From Auanema rhodensis (taxonomy: Eukaryota > Animalia > Nematoda), in NCBI GenBank assembly GCA_964057225.1, contig OZ059895.1, positions 3,224,001-3,288,000 of the forward strand: a stretch of DNA of 64,000 bases, given 5' to 3'. Positions 22,801 to 36,800 of the stretch are shown here, piece after piece. The notes beneath the pieces were generated by a model, which saw nothing but the letters and a program-made list of their open reading frames with translations, searched no databases and was not told the origin of the DNA. Numbering within the stretch: position 1 is the stretch's first letter; each line of letters begins with the position of its first letter. Made by a program: the position numbers and the translations under genes.

Positions 22801-25800
22801 ACGGATGTTTTCCTACGAAGGCTAGTAAAACATGCCCTTCAAAGCATCAGAACATGTGATCACATTCCAATTTTTTTGTATCTATCTTGTAAAGATAGTA
22901 ATATATCATATGTTGAACACTATGTTGGAAAGATTTTAATTCAGATTTACGAACTTTTATTCAGTTTGTTTTTTAAACTTTGATTAAGAACTTTGATTTT
23001 TGTACACCCATAAATTATACGCAGCACAGGTTACCCTTAATTAATGAACTGACCGACTAATCAGACATGGATCTTTCCAAGTTCTGTTGCTTGAACGGAT
23101 GTTTTCCTACGTAGGCTAGTAAAACATGCCCTTCAAAGCATCAGAACATGTGATCACATTCCAATTTTTTTGTATCTATCTTGTAAAGATAGTAATATAT
23201 CATATGTTGAACACTATGTTGGAAAGATTTTAATTCAGATTTTCTAACTTTTATTCAGTTTGTTTTTTAAACTTTGATTAAGAACTTTGATTTTTGTACA
23301 CCCATAAATTATACGCAGCACAGGTTACCCTTAAATAATGAACTGACCGACTAATCAGACATGGATCTTTCCTAGTTCTGTTGCTTGAATGGATGTTTTC
23401 CTACGTAGGCTAGTAAAACATGCCCTTCAAAGCATCAGAACATGTGATCACATTCCAATTTTTTTGTATCTATCTTGTAAAGATAGTAATATATCATATG
23501 TTGAACACTATGTTGGAAAGATTTTAATTCAGATTTTCGAACTTTTATTCAGTTTGTTTTTTAAACTTTGATTAAGAACTTTGATTTTTGTACACCCATA
23601 AATTATACGCAGCACAGGTTACCCTTAATTAATGAACTGACCGACTAATCAGACATGGATCTTTCCAAGTTCTGTTGCTTGAACGGATGTTTTCCTACGT
23701 AGGCTAGTAAAACATGCCCTTCAAAGCATCAGAACATGTGACCACATTCCAATTTTTTTGTATCTATCTTGTAAAGATAGTAATATATCATATGTTGAAC
23801 ACTATGTTGGAAAGATTTTAATTCAGATTTTTTCAACTTTCACTCAATTTGTTTTCTAAACTTTGATTAAGAACTTTGATTTTTGTACACCCATAAATTA
23901 TACGCAGCACAGGTTACCCTTGAATAATGAACTGACCGACTAATCAGACATGGATCTTTCCAAGTTCTGTTGCTTGAACGGATGTTTTCCTACGTAGGCT
24001 AGTAAAACATGCCCTTCAAAGCATCAGAACATGTGATCACATTCCATTTTTTTTGTATCTATCTTGTAAAGATAGTAATATATCATATGTTGAACACTAT
24101 GTTGGAAAGATTTTAATTCAGATTTTCTAACTTTTATTCAGTTTGTTTTTTAAACTTTGATTAAGAACTTTGATTTTTGTACACCCATAAATTATACGCA
24201 GCACAGGTTACCCTTAAATAATGAACTGACCGACTAATCAGACATGGATCTTTCCTAGTTCTGTTGCTTGAATGGATGTTTTCCTACGTAGGCTAGTAAA
24301 ACATGCCCTTCAAAGCATCAGAACATGTGATCACATTCCAATTTTTTTGAAATCTATCTTGTAAAGATAGTAATATATCATATGTTGAACACTATGTTGG
24401 AAAGATTTTAATTCAGATTTTTTCAACTTTCACTCAGTTTGTTTTCTAAACTTTGATTAAGAACTTTGATTTTTGTACACCCATAAATTATACGCAGCAC
24501 AGGTTACCCTTAAATAATGAACTGACCGACTAATCAGACATGGATCTTTCCTAGTTCTGTTGCTTGAATGGATGTTTTCCTACGTAGGCTAGTAAAACAT
24601 GCCCTTCAAAGCATCAGAACATGTGATCACATTCCAATTTTTTTGAAATCTATCTTGTAAAGATAGTAATATATCATATGTTGAACACTATGTTGGAAAG
24701 ATTTTAATTCAGATTTTTTCAACTTTCACTCAGTTTGTTTTCTAAACTTTGATTAAGAACCTTGTTGTTTGTACACCCATAAAATATACGCAGCACAGGT
24801 TACCCTTAAATAATGAACTGACCGTCTAATCAGACATGGATCTTCCCAAGTTCTGTTGCTTGAATGGATGTTTTCCTACGTAGGCTAGTAAAACATGCCC
24901 TTCAAAGCATCAGAACATGTGATCACATTCCAATTTTTTTGTATCTATCTTGTAAAGATAGTAATATATCATATGTTGAACACTATGTTGGAAAGATTTT
25001 AATTCAGATTTTCTAACTTTTATTCAGTTTGTTTTTTAAACTTTGATTAAGAACTTTGATTTTTGTACACCCATAAATTATACGCAGCACAGGTTACCCT
25101 TAAATAATGAACTGACCGACTAATCAGACATGGATCTTTCCAAGTTCTGTTGCTTGAACGGATGTTTTCCTACGTAGGCTAGTAAAACATGCCCTTCAAA
25201 GCATCAGAACATGTGACCACATTCCAATTTTTTTGTATCTATCTTGTAAAGATAATAATATATCATATGTTGAACACTATGTTGGAAAGATTTTAATTCA
25301 CATTTTTTCAACTTTCACTCAATTTGTTTTCTAAACTTTGATTAAGAACTTTGATTTTTGTACACCCATAAATTATACGCAGCACAGGTTACCCTTGAAT
25401 AATGAACTGACCGACTAATCAGACATGGATCTTTCCTAGTTCTGTTGCTTGAATGGATGTTTTCCTACGTAGGCTAGTAAAACATGCCCTTCAAAGCATC
25501 AGAACATGTGATCACATTCCAATTTTTTTGTATCTATCTTGTAAAGATAGTAATAAACTTTGATTTTTGTACACCCATAAATTATACGCAGCACAGGTTA
25601 TTCTTAAATAATGAACTGACCGACTAATCAGACATGGATCTTTCCTAGTTCTGTTGCTTGAATGGATGTTTTCCTACGTAGGCTAGTAAAACATGCCCTT
25701 CAAAGCATCAGAACATGTGATCACATTCCAATTTTTTTGTATCTATCTTGTAAAGATAGTAATATATCATATGTTGAACACTATGTTGGAAAGATTTTAA

Positions 25801-28800
25801 TTCAGATTTACGAACTTTTATTCAGTTTGTTTTTTAAACTTTGATTAAGAACTTTGATTTTTGTACACCCATAAATTATACGCAGCACAGGTTACCCTTG
25901 AATAATGAACTGACCGACTAATCAGACATGGATCTTTCCAAGTTCTGTTGCTTGAACGGATGTTTTCCTACGTAGGCTAGTGAAACATGCCCTTCAAAGC
26001 ATCAGAACATGTGATCACATTCCATTTTTTTTGTATCTATCTTGTAAAGATAGTAATATATCATATGTTGAACACTATGTTGGAAAGATTTTAATTCAGA
26101 TTTTCTAACTTTTATTCAGTTTGTTTTTTAAACTTTGATTAAGAACTTTGATTTTTGTACACCCATAAATTATACGCAGCACAGGTTACCCTTAAATAAT
26201 GAACTGACCGACTAATCAGACATGGATCTTTCCTAGTTCTGTTGCTTGAATGGATGTTTTCCTACGTAGGCTAGTAAAACATGCCCTTCAAAGCATCAGA
26301 ACATGTGATCACATTCCAATTTTTTTGAAATCTATCTTGTAAAGATAGTAATATATCATATGTTGAACACTATGTTGGAAAGATTTTAATTCAGATTTTT
26401 TCAACTTTCACTCAGTTTGTTTTCTAAACTTTGATTAAGAACCTTGTTGTTTGTACACCCATAAAATATACGCAGCACAGGTTACCCTTAAATAATGAAC
26501 TGACCGTCTAATCAGACATGGATCTTCCCAAGTTCTGTTGCTTGAATGGATGTTTTCCTACGTAGGCTAGTAAAACATGCCCTTCAAAGCATCAGAACAT
26601 GTGATCACATTCCAATTTTTTTGTATCTATCTTGTAAAGATAGTAATATATCATATGTTGAACACTATGTTGGAAAGATTTTAATTCAGATTTTCTAACT
26701 TTTATTCAGTTTGTTTTTTAAACTTTGATTAAGAACTTTGATTTTTGTACACCCATAAATTATACGCAGCACAGGTTACCCTTAAATAATGAACTGACCG
26801 ACTAATCAGACATGGATCTTTCCTAGTTCTGTTGCTTGAATGGATGTTTTCCTACGTAGGCTAGTAAAACATGCCCTTCAAAGCATCAGAACATGTGATC
26901 ACATTTCAATTTTTTTGAAATCTATCTTGTAAAGATAGTAATAAACTTTGATTTTTGTACACCCATAAATTATACGCAGCACAGGTTACCCTTAAATAAT
27001 GAACTGACCGACTAATCAGACATGGATCTTTCCAAGTTCTGTTGCTTGAACGGATGTTTTCCTACGTAGGCTAGTAAAACATGCCCTTCAAAGCATCAGA
27101 ACATGTGACCACATTCCAATTTTTTTGTATCTATCTTGTAAAGATAATAATATATCATATGTTGAACACTATGTTGGAAAGATTTTAATTCACATTTTTT
27201 CAACTTTCACTCAATTTGTTTTCTAAACTTTGATTAAGAACTTTGATTTTTGTACACCCATAAATTATACGCAGCACAGGTTACCCTTGAATAATGAACT
27301 GACCGACTAATCAGACATGGATCTTTCCTAGTTCTGTTGCTTGAATGGATGTTTTCCTACGTAGGCTAGTAAAACATGCCCTTCAAAGCATCAGAACATG
27401 TGATCACATTCCAATTTTTTTGTATCTATCTTGTAAAGATAGTAATATATCATATGTTGAACACTATGTTGGAAAGATTTTAATTCAGATTTTTTCAACT
27501 TTCACTCAGTTTGTTTTCTAAACTTTGATTAAGAACCTTGTTGTTTGTACACCCATAAAATATACGCAGCACAGGTTACCCTTAAATAATGAACTGACCG
27601 TCTAATCAGACATGGATCTTCCCAAGTTCTGTTGCTTGAATGGATGTTTTCCTACGTAGGCTAGTAAAACATGCCCTTCAAAGCATCAGAACATGTGATC
27701 ACATTCCAATTTTTTTGTATCTATCTTGTAAAGATAGTAATATATCATATGTTGAACACTATGTTGGAAAGATTTTAATTCAGATTTTCTAACTTTTATT
27801 CAGTTTGTTTTTTAAACTTTGATTAAGAACTTTGATTTTTGTACACCCATAAATTATACGCAGCACAGGTTACCCTTAAATAATGAACTGACCGACTAAT
27901 CAAACATGGATCTTTCCTAGTTCTGTTGCTTGAATGGATGTTTTCCTACGTAGGCTAGTAAAACATGCCCTTCAAAGCATCAGAACATGTGATCACATTC
28001 CAATTTTTTTGAAATCTATCTTGTAAAGATAGTAATAAACTTTGATTTTTGTACACCCATAAATTATACGCAGCACAGGTTACCCTTAAATAATGAACTG
28101 ACCGACTAATCAGACATGGATCTTTCCAAGTTCTGTTGCTTGAACGGATGTTTTCCTACGTAGGCTAGTAAAACATGCCCTTCAAAGCATCAGAACATGT
28201 GACCACATTCCAATTTTTTTGTATCTATCTTGTAAAGATAATAATATATCATATGTTGAACACTATGTTGGAAAGATTTTAATTCACATTTTTTCAACTT
28301 TCACTCAATTTGTTTTCTAAACTTTGATTAAGAACTTTGATTTTTGTACACCCATAAATTATACGCAGCACAGGTTACCCTTGAATAATGAACTGACCGA
28401 CTAATCAGACATGGATCTTTCCTAGTTCTGTTGCTTGAATGGATGTTTTCCTACGTAGGCTAGTAAAACATGCCCTTCAAAGCATCAGAACATGTGATCA
28501 CATTCCAATTTTTTTGTATCTATCTTGTAAAGATAGTAATATATCATATGTTGAACACTATGTTGGAAAGATTTTAATTCACATTTTTTCAACTTTCACT
28601 CAATTTGTTTTCTAAACTTTGATTAAGAACTTTGATTTTTGTACACCCATAAATTATACGCAGCACAGGTTACCCTTGAATAATGAACTGACCGACTAAT
28701 CAGACATGGATCTTTCCTAGTTCTGTTGCTTGAATGGATGTTTTCCTACGTAGGCTAGTAAAACATGCCCTTCAAAGCATCAGAACATGTGACCACATTC

Positions 28801-31800
28801 CAATTTTTTTGTATCTATCTTGTAAAGATAATAATATATCATATGTTGAACACTATGTTGGAAAGATTTTAATTCACATTTTTTCAACTTTCACTCAATT
28901 TGTTTTCTAAACTTTGATTAAGAACTTTGATTTTTGTACACCCATAAATTATACGCAGCACAGGTTACCCTTGAATAATGAACTGACCGACTAATCAGAC
29001 ATGGATCTTTCCTAGTTCTGTTGCTTGAATGGATGTTTTCCTACGTAGGCTAGTAAAACATGCCCTTCAAAGCATCAGAACATGTGATCACATTCCAATT
29101 TTTTTGTATCTATCTTGTAAAGATAGTAATATATCATATGTTGAACACTATGTTGGAAAGATTTTAATTCACATTTTTTCAACTTTCACTCAATTTGTTT
29201 TCTAAACTTTGATTAAGAACTTTGATTTTTGTACACCCATAAATTATACGCAGCACAGGTTACCCTTGAATAATGAACTGACCGACTAATCAGACATGGA
29301 TCTTTCCTAGTTCTGTTGCTTGAATGGATGTTTTCCTACGTAGGCTAGTAAAACATGCCCTTCAAAGCATCAGAACATGTGATCACATTCCAATTTTTTT
29401 GAAATCTATCTTGTAAAGATAGTAATAAACTTTGATTTTTGTACACCCATAAATTATACGCAGCACAGGTTACCCTTAAATAATGAACTGACCGACTAAT
29501 CAGACATGGATCTTTCCTAGTTCTGTTGCTTGAATGGATGTTTTCCTACGTAGGCTAGTAAAACATGCCCTTCAAAGCATCAGAACATGTGATCACATTC
29601 CAATTTTTTTGTATCTATCTTGTAAAGATAGTAATATATCATATGTTGAACACTATGTTGGAAAGATTTTGATTCGGATTTTCTAACTTTTATTCAGTTT
29701 GTTTTTTAAACTTTGATTAAGAACTTTGATTTTTGTACACCCATAAATTATACGCAGCACAGGTTACCCTTAATTAATGAACTGACCGACTAATCAGACA
29801 TGGATCTTCCCAAGTTCTGTTGCTTGAATGGATGTTTTCCTACGTAGGCTAGTAAAACATGCCCTTCAAAGCATCAGAACATGTGATCACATTCCAATTT
29901 TTTTGTATCTATCTTGTAAAGATAGTAATATATCATATGTTGAACACTATGTTGGAAAGATTTTAATTCACATTTTTTCAACTTTCACTCAATTTGTTTT
30001 CTAAACTTTGATTAAGAACTTTGATTTTTGTACACCCATAAATTATACGCAGCACAGGTTACCCTTGAATAATGAACTGACCGACTAATCAGACATGGAT
30101 CTTTCCTAGTTCTGTTGCTTGAATGGATGTTTTCCTACGTAGGCTAGTAAAACATGCCCTTCAAAGCATCAGAACATGTGATCACATTCCAATTTTTTTG
30201 TATCTATCTTGTAAAGATAGTAATATATCATATGTTGAACACTATGTTGGAAAGATTTTAATTCAGATTTTTTCAACTTTCACTCAGTTTGTTTTCTAAA
30301 CTTTGATTAAGAACCTTGTTGTTTGTACACCCATAAAATATACGCAGCACAGGTTACCCTTAAATAATGAACTGACCGTCTAATCAGACATGGATCTTCC
30401 CAAGTTCTGTTGCTTGAATGGATGTTTTCCTACGTAGGCTAGTAAAACATGCCCTTCAAAGCATCAGAACATGTGATCACATTCCAATTTTTTTGTATCT
30501 ATCTTGTAAAGATAGTAATATATCATATGTTGAACACTATGTTGGAAAGATTTTAATTCAGATTTTCTAACTTTTATTCAGTTTGTTTTTTTAACTTTGA
30601 TTAAGAACTTTGATTTTTGTACACCCATAAATTATACGCAGCACAGGTTACCCTTAAATAATGAACTGACCGACTAATCAGACATGGATCTTTCCTAGTT
30701 CTGTTGCTTGAATGGATGTTTTCCTACGTAGGCTAGTAAAACATGCCCTTCAAAGCATCAGAACATGTGATCACATTCCAATTTTTTTGAAATCTATCTT
30801 GTAAAGATAGTAATAAACTTTGATTTTTGTACACCCATAAATTATACGCAGCACAGGTTACCCTTAAATAATGAACTGACCGACTAATCAGACATGGATC
30901 TTTCCTAGTTCTGTTGCTTGAATGGATGTTTTCCTACGTAGGCTAGTAAAACATGCCCTTCAAAGCATCAGAACATGTGATCACATTCCAATTTTTTTGA
31001 AATCTATCTTGTAAAGATAGTAATAAACTTTGATTTTTGTACACCCATAAATTATACGCAGCACAGGTTACCCTTAATTAATGAACTGACCGACTAATCA
31101 GACATGGATCTTTCCTAGTTCTGTTGCTTGAATGGATGTTTTCCTACGTAGGCTAGTAAAACATGCCCTTCAAAGCATCAGAACATGTGATCACATTCCA
31201 ATTTTTTTGTATCTATCTTGTAAAGATAGTAATATATCATATGTTGAACACTATGTTGGAAAGATTTTAATTCAGATTTTCTAACTTTTATTCAGTTTGT
31301 TTTTTAAACTTTGATTAAGAACTTTGATTTTTGTACACCCATAAATTATACGCAGCACAGGTTACCCTTAAATAATGAACTGACCGACTAATCAGACATG
31401 GATCTTTCCTAGTTCTGTTGCTTGAATGGATGTTTTCCTACGTAGGCTAGTAAAACATGCCCTTCAAAGCATCAGAACATGTGATCACATTCCAATTTTT
31501 TTGAAATCTATCTTGTAAAGATAGTAAAAAACTTTGATTTTTGTACACCCATAAATTATACGCAGCACAGGTTACCCTTAAATAATGAACTGACCGACTA
31601 ATCAGACATGGATCTTTCCTAGTTCTGTTGCTTGAACGGATGTTTTCCTACGTAGGCTAGTAAAACATGCCCTTCAAAGCATCAGAACATGTGATCACAT
31701 TTCAATTTTTTTGTATCTATCTTGTAAAGATAGTAATATATCATATGTTGAACACTATGTTGGAAAGATTTTAATTCAGATTTTTTCAACTTTCACTCAG

Positions 31801-32930
31801 TTTGTTTTCTAAACTTTGATTAAGAACCTTGTTGTTTGTACACCCATAAAATATACGCAGCACAGGTTACCCTTAAATAATGAACTGACCGTCTAATCAG
31901 ACATGGATCTTCCCAAGTTCTGTTGCTTGAATGGATGTTTTCCTACGTAGGCTAGTAAAACATGCCCTTCAAAGCATCAGAACATGTGATCACATTCCAA
32001 TTTTTTTGTATCTATCTTGTAAAGATAGTAATATATCATATGTTGAACACTATGTTGGAAAGATTTTAATTCAGATTTTTTCAACTTTCACTCAGTTTGT
32101 TTTCTAAACTTTGATTAAGAACCTTGTTGTTTGTACACCCATAAAATATACGCAGCACAGGTTACCCTTAAATAATGAACTGACCGACTAATCAGACATG
32201 GATCTTTCCTAGTTCTGTTGCTTGAACGGATGTTTTCCTACGTAGGCTAGTAAAACATGCCCTTCAAAGCATCAGAACATGTGATCACATTCCAATTTTT
32301 TTGTATCTATCTTGTAAAGATAGTAATATATCATATGTTGAACACTATGTTGGAAAGATTTTAATTCAGATTTTCTAACTTTTATTCAGTTTGTTTTTTA
32401 AACTTTGATTAAGAACTTTGATTTTTGTACACCCATAAATTATACGCAGCACAGGTTACCCTTAAATAATGAACTGACCGACTAATCAGACATGGATCTT
32501 TCCTAGTTCTGTTGCTTGAATGGATGTTTTCCTACGTAGGCTAGTAAAACATGCCCTTCAAAGCATCAGAACATGTGATCACATTCCAATTTTTTTGAAA
32601 TCTATCTTGTAAAGATAGTAAAAAACTTTGATTTTTGTACACCCATAAATTATACGCAGCACAGGTTACCCTTAAATAATGAACTGACCGACTAATCAGA
32701 CATGGATCTTTCCTAGTTCTGTTGCTTGAACGGATGTTTTCCTACGTAGGCTAGTAAAACATGCCCTTCAAAGCATCAGAACATGTGATCACATTTCAAT
32801 TTTTTTGTATCTATCTTGTAAAGATAGTAATATATCATATGTTGAACACTATGTTGGAAAGATTTTAATTCAGATTTTCTAACTTTTATTCAGTTTGTTT
32901 TTTAAACTTTGATTAAGAACTTTGATTTTT

Positions 32931-35900
32931 GTACACCCATAAATTATACGCAGCACAGGTTACCCTTAAATAATGAACTGACCGACTAATCAGACATGGA
33001 TCTTTCCTAGTTCTGTTGCTTGAATGGATGTTTTCCTACGTAGGCTAGTAAAACATGCCCTTCAAAGCATCAGAACATGTGATCACATTCCAATTTTTTT
33101 GTATCTATCTTGTAAAGATAGTAATATATCATATGTTGAACACTATGTTGGAAAGATTTTAATTCACATTTTTTCAACTTTCACTCAATTTGTTTTCTAA
33201 ACTTTGATTAAGAACTTTGATTTTTGTACACCCATAAATTATACGCAGCACAGGTTACCCTTGAATAATGAACTGACCGACTAATCAGACATGGATCTTT
33301 CCTAGTTCTGTTGCTTGAATGGATGTTTTCCTACGTAGGCTAGTAAAACATGCCCTTCAAAGCATCAGAACATGTGATCACATTCCAATTTTTTTGTATC
33401 TATCTTGTAAAGATAGTAATATATCATATGTTGAACACTATGTTGGAAAGATTTTAATTCAGATTTTTTCAACTTTCACTCAGTTTGTTTTCTAAACTTT
33501 GATTAAGAACCTTGTTGTTTGTACACCCATAAAATATACGCAGCACAGGTTACCCTTAAATAATGAACTGACCGTCTAATCAGACATGGATCTTCCCAAG
33601 TTCTGTTGCTTGAATGGATGTTTTCCTACGTAGGCTAGTAAAACATGCCCTTCAAAGCATCAGAACATGTGATCACATTCCAATTTTTTTGTATCTATCT
33701 TGTAAAGATAGTAATATATCATATGTTGAACACTATGTTGGAAAGATTTTAATTCAGATTTTCTAACTTTTATTCAGTTTGTTTTTTTAACTTTGATTAA
33801 GAACTTTGATTTTTGTACACCCATAAATTATACGCAGCACAGGTTACCCTTAAATAATGAACTGACCGACTAATCAGACATGGATCTTTCCTAGTTCTGT
33901 TGCTTGAATGGATGTTTTCCTACGTAGGCTAGTAAAACATGCCCTTCAAAGCATCAGAACATGTGATCACATTCCAATTTTTTTGAAATCTATCTTGTAA
34001 AGATAGTAATAAACTTTGATTTTTGTACACCCATAAATTATACGCAGCACAGGTTACCCTTAAATAATGAACTGACCGACTAATCAGACATGGATCTTTC
34101 CTAGTTCTGTTGCTTGAATGGATGTTTTCCTACGTAGGCTAGTAAAACATGCCCTTCAAAGCATCAGAACATGTGATCACATTCCAATTTTTTTGTATCT
34201 ATCTTGTAAAGATAGTAATATATCATATGTTGAACACTATGTTGGAAAGATTTTGATTCGGATTTTCTAACTTTTATTCAGTTTGTTTTTTAAACTTTGA
34301 TTAAGAACTTTGATTTTTGTACACCCATAAATTATACGCAGCACAGGTTACCCTTAATTAATGAACTGACCGACTAATCAGACATGGATCTTCCCAAGTT
34401 CTGTTGCTTGAATGGATGTTTTCCTACGTAGGCTAGTAAAACATGCCCTTCAAAGCATCAGAACATGTGATCACATTCCAATTTTTTTGTATCTATCTTG
34501 TAAAGATAGTAATATATCATATGTTGAACACTATGTTGGAAAGATTTTAATTCACATTTTTTCAACTTTCACTCAATTTGTTTTCTAAACTTTGATTAAG
34601 AACTTTGATTTTTGTACACCCATAAATTATACGCAGCACAGGTTACCCTTGAATAATGAACTGACCGACTAATCAGACATGGATCTTTCCTAGTTCTGTT
34701 GCTTGAATGGATGTTTTCCTACGTAGGCTAGTAAAACATGCCCTTCAAAGCATCAGAACATGTGATCACATTCCAATTTTTTTGTATCTATCTTGTAAAG
34801 ATAGTAATATATCATATGTTGAACACTATGTTGGAAAGATTTTAATTCAGATTTTTTCAACTTTCACTCAGTTTGTTTTCTAAACTTTGATTAAGAACCT
34901 TGTTGTTTGTACACCCATAAAATATACGCAGCACAGGTTACCCTTAAATAATGAACTGACCGTCTAATCAGACATGGATCTTCCCAAGTTCTGTTGCTTG
35001 AATGGATGTTTTCCTACGTAGGCTAGTAAAACATGCCCTTCAAAGCATCAGAACATGTGATCACATTCCAATTTTTTTGTATCTATCTTGTAAAGATAGT
35101 AATATATCATATGTTGAACACTATGTTGGAAAGATTTTAATTCAGATTTTCTAACTTTTATTCAGTTTGTTTTTTTAACTTTGATTAAGAACTTTGATTT
35201 TTGTACACCCATAAATTATACGCAGCACAGGTTACCCTTAAATAATGAACTGACCGACTAATCAGACATGGATCTTTCCTAGTTCTGTTGCTTGAATGGA
35301 TGTTTTCCTACGTAGGCTAGTAAAACATGCCCTTCAAAGCATCAGAACATGTGATCACATTCCAATTTTTTTGAAATCTATCTTGTAAAGATAGTAATAA
35401 ACTTTGATTTTTGTACACCCATAAATTATACGCAGCACAGGTTACCCTTAAATAATGAACTGACCGACTAATCAGACATGGATCTTTCCTAGTTCTGTTG
35501 CTTGAATGGATGTTTTCCTACGTAGGCTAGTAAAACATGCCCTTCAAAGCATCAGAACATGTGATCACATTCCAATTTTTTTGTATCTATCTTGTAAAGA
35601 TAGTAATATATCATATGTTGAACACTATGTTGGAAAGATTTTGATTCGGATTTTCTAACTTTTATTCAGTTTGTTTTTTAAACTTTGATTAAGAACTTTG
35701 ATTTTTGTACACCCATAAATTATACGCAGCACAGGTTACCCTTAATTAATGAACTGACCGACTAATCAGACATGGATCTTCCCAAGTTCTGTTGCTTGAA
35801 TGGATGTTTTCCTACGTAGGCTAGTAAAACATGCCCTTCAAAGCATCAGAACATGTGATCACATTCCAATTTTTTTGTATCTATCTTGTAAAGATAGTAA

Positions 35901-36800
35901 TATATCATATGTTGAACACTATGTTGGAAAGATTTTAATTCACATTTTTTCAACTTTCACTCAATTTGTTTTCTAAACTTTGATTAAGAACTTTGATTTT
36001 TGTACACCCATAAATTATACGCAGCACAGGTTACCCTTGAATAATGAACTGACCGACTAATCAGACATGGATCTTTCCTAGTTCTGTTGCTTGAATGGAT
36101 GTTTTCCTACGTAGGCTAGTAAAACATGCCCTTCAAAGCATCAGAACATGTGATCACATTCCAATTTTTTTGTATCTATCTTGTAAAGATAGTAATATAT
36201 CATATGTTGAACACTATGTTGGAAAGATTTTAATTCAGATTTTTTCAACTTTCACTCAGTTTGTTTTCTAAACTTTGATTAAGAACCTTGTTGTTTGTAC
36301 ACCCATAAAATATACGCAGCACAGGTTACCCTTAAATAATGAACTGACCGTCTAATCAGACATGGATCTTCCCAAGTTCTGTTGCTTGAATGGATGTTTT
36401 CCTACGTAGGCTAGTAAAACATGCCCTTCAAAGCATCAGAACATGTGATCACATTCCAATTTTTTTGTATCTATCTTGTAAAGATAGTAATATATCATAT
36501 GTTGAACACTATGTTGGAAAGATTTTAATTCAGATTTTCTAACTTTTATTCAGTTTGTTTTTTTAACTTTGATTAAGAACTTTGATTTTTGTACACCCAT
36601 AAATTATACGCAGCACAGGTTACCCTTAAATAATGAACTGACCGACTAATCAGACATGGATCTTTCCTAGTTCTGTTGCTTGAATGGATGTTTTCCTACG
36701 TAGGCTAGTAAAACATGCCCTTCAAAGCATCAGAACATGTGATCACATTCCAATTTTTTTGAAATCTATCTTGTAAAGATAGTAATAAACTTTGATTTTT
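32931..36800. repeat. 5-monomer higher-order repeat, 1388 bp, ~2.8 copies
   Basis: Lengths 295,295,294,210,294. GATTCGG marker at 34255 and 35643. Short monomers at 33815, 35203, 36591. Confidence 0.88.
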
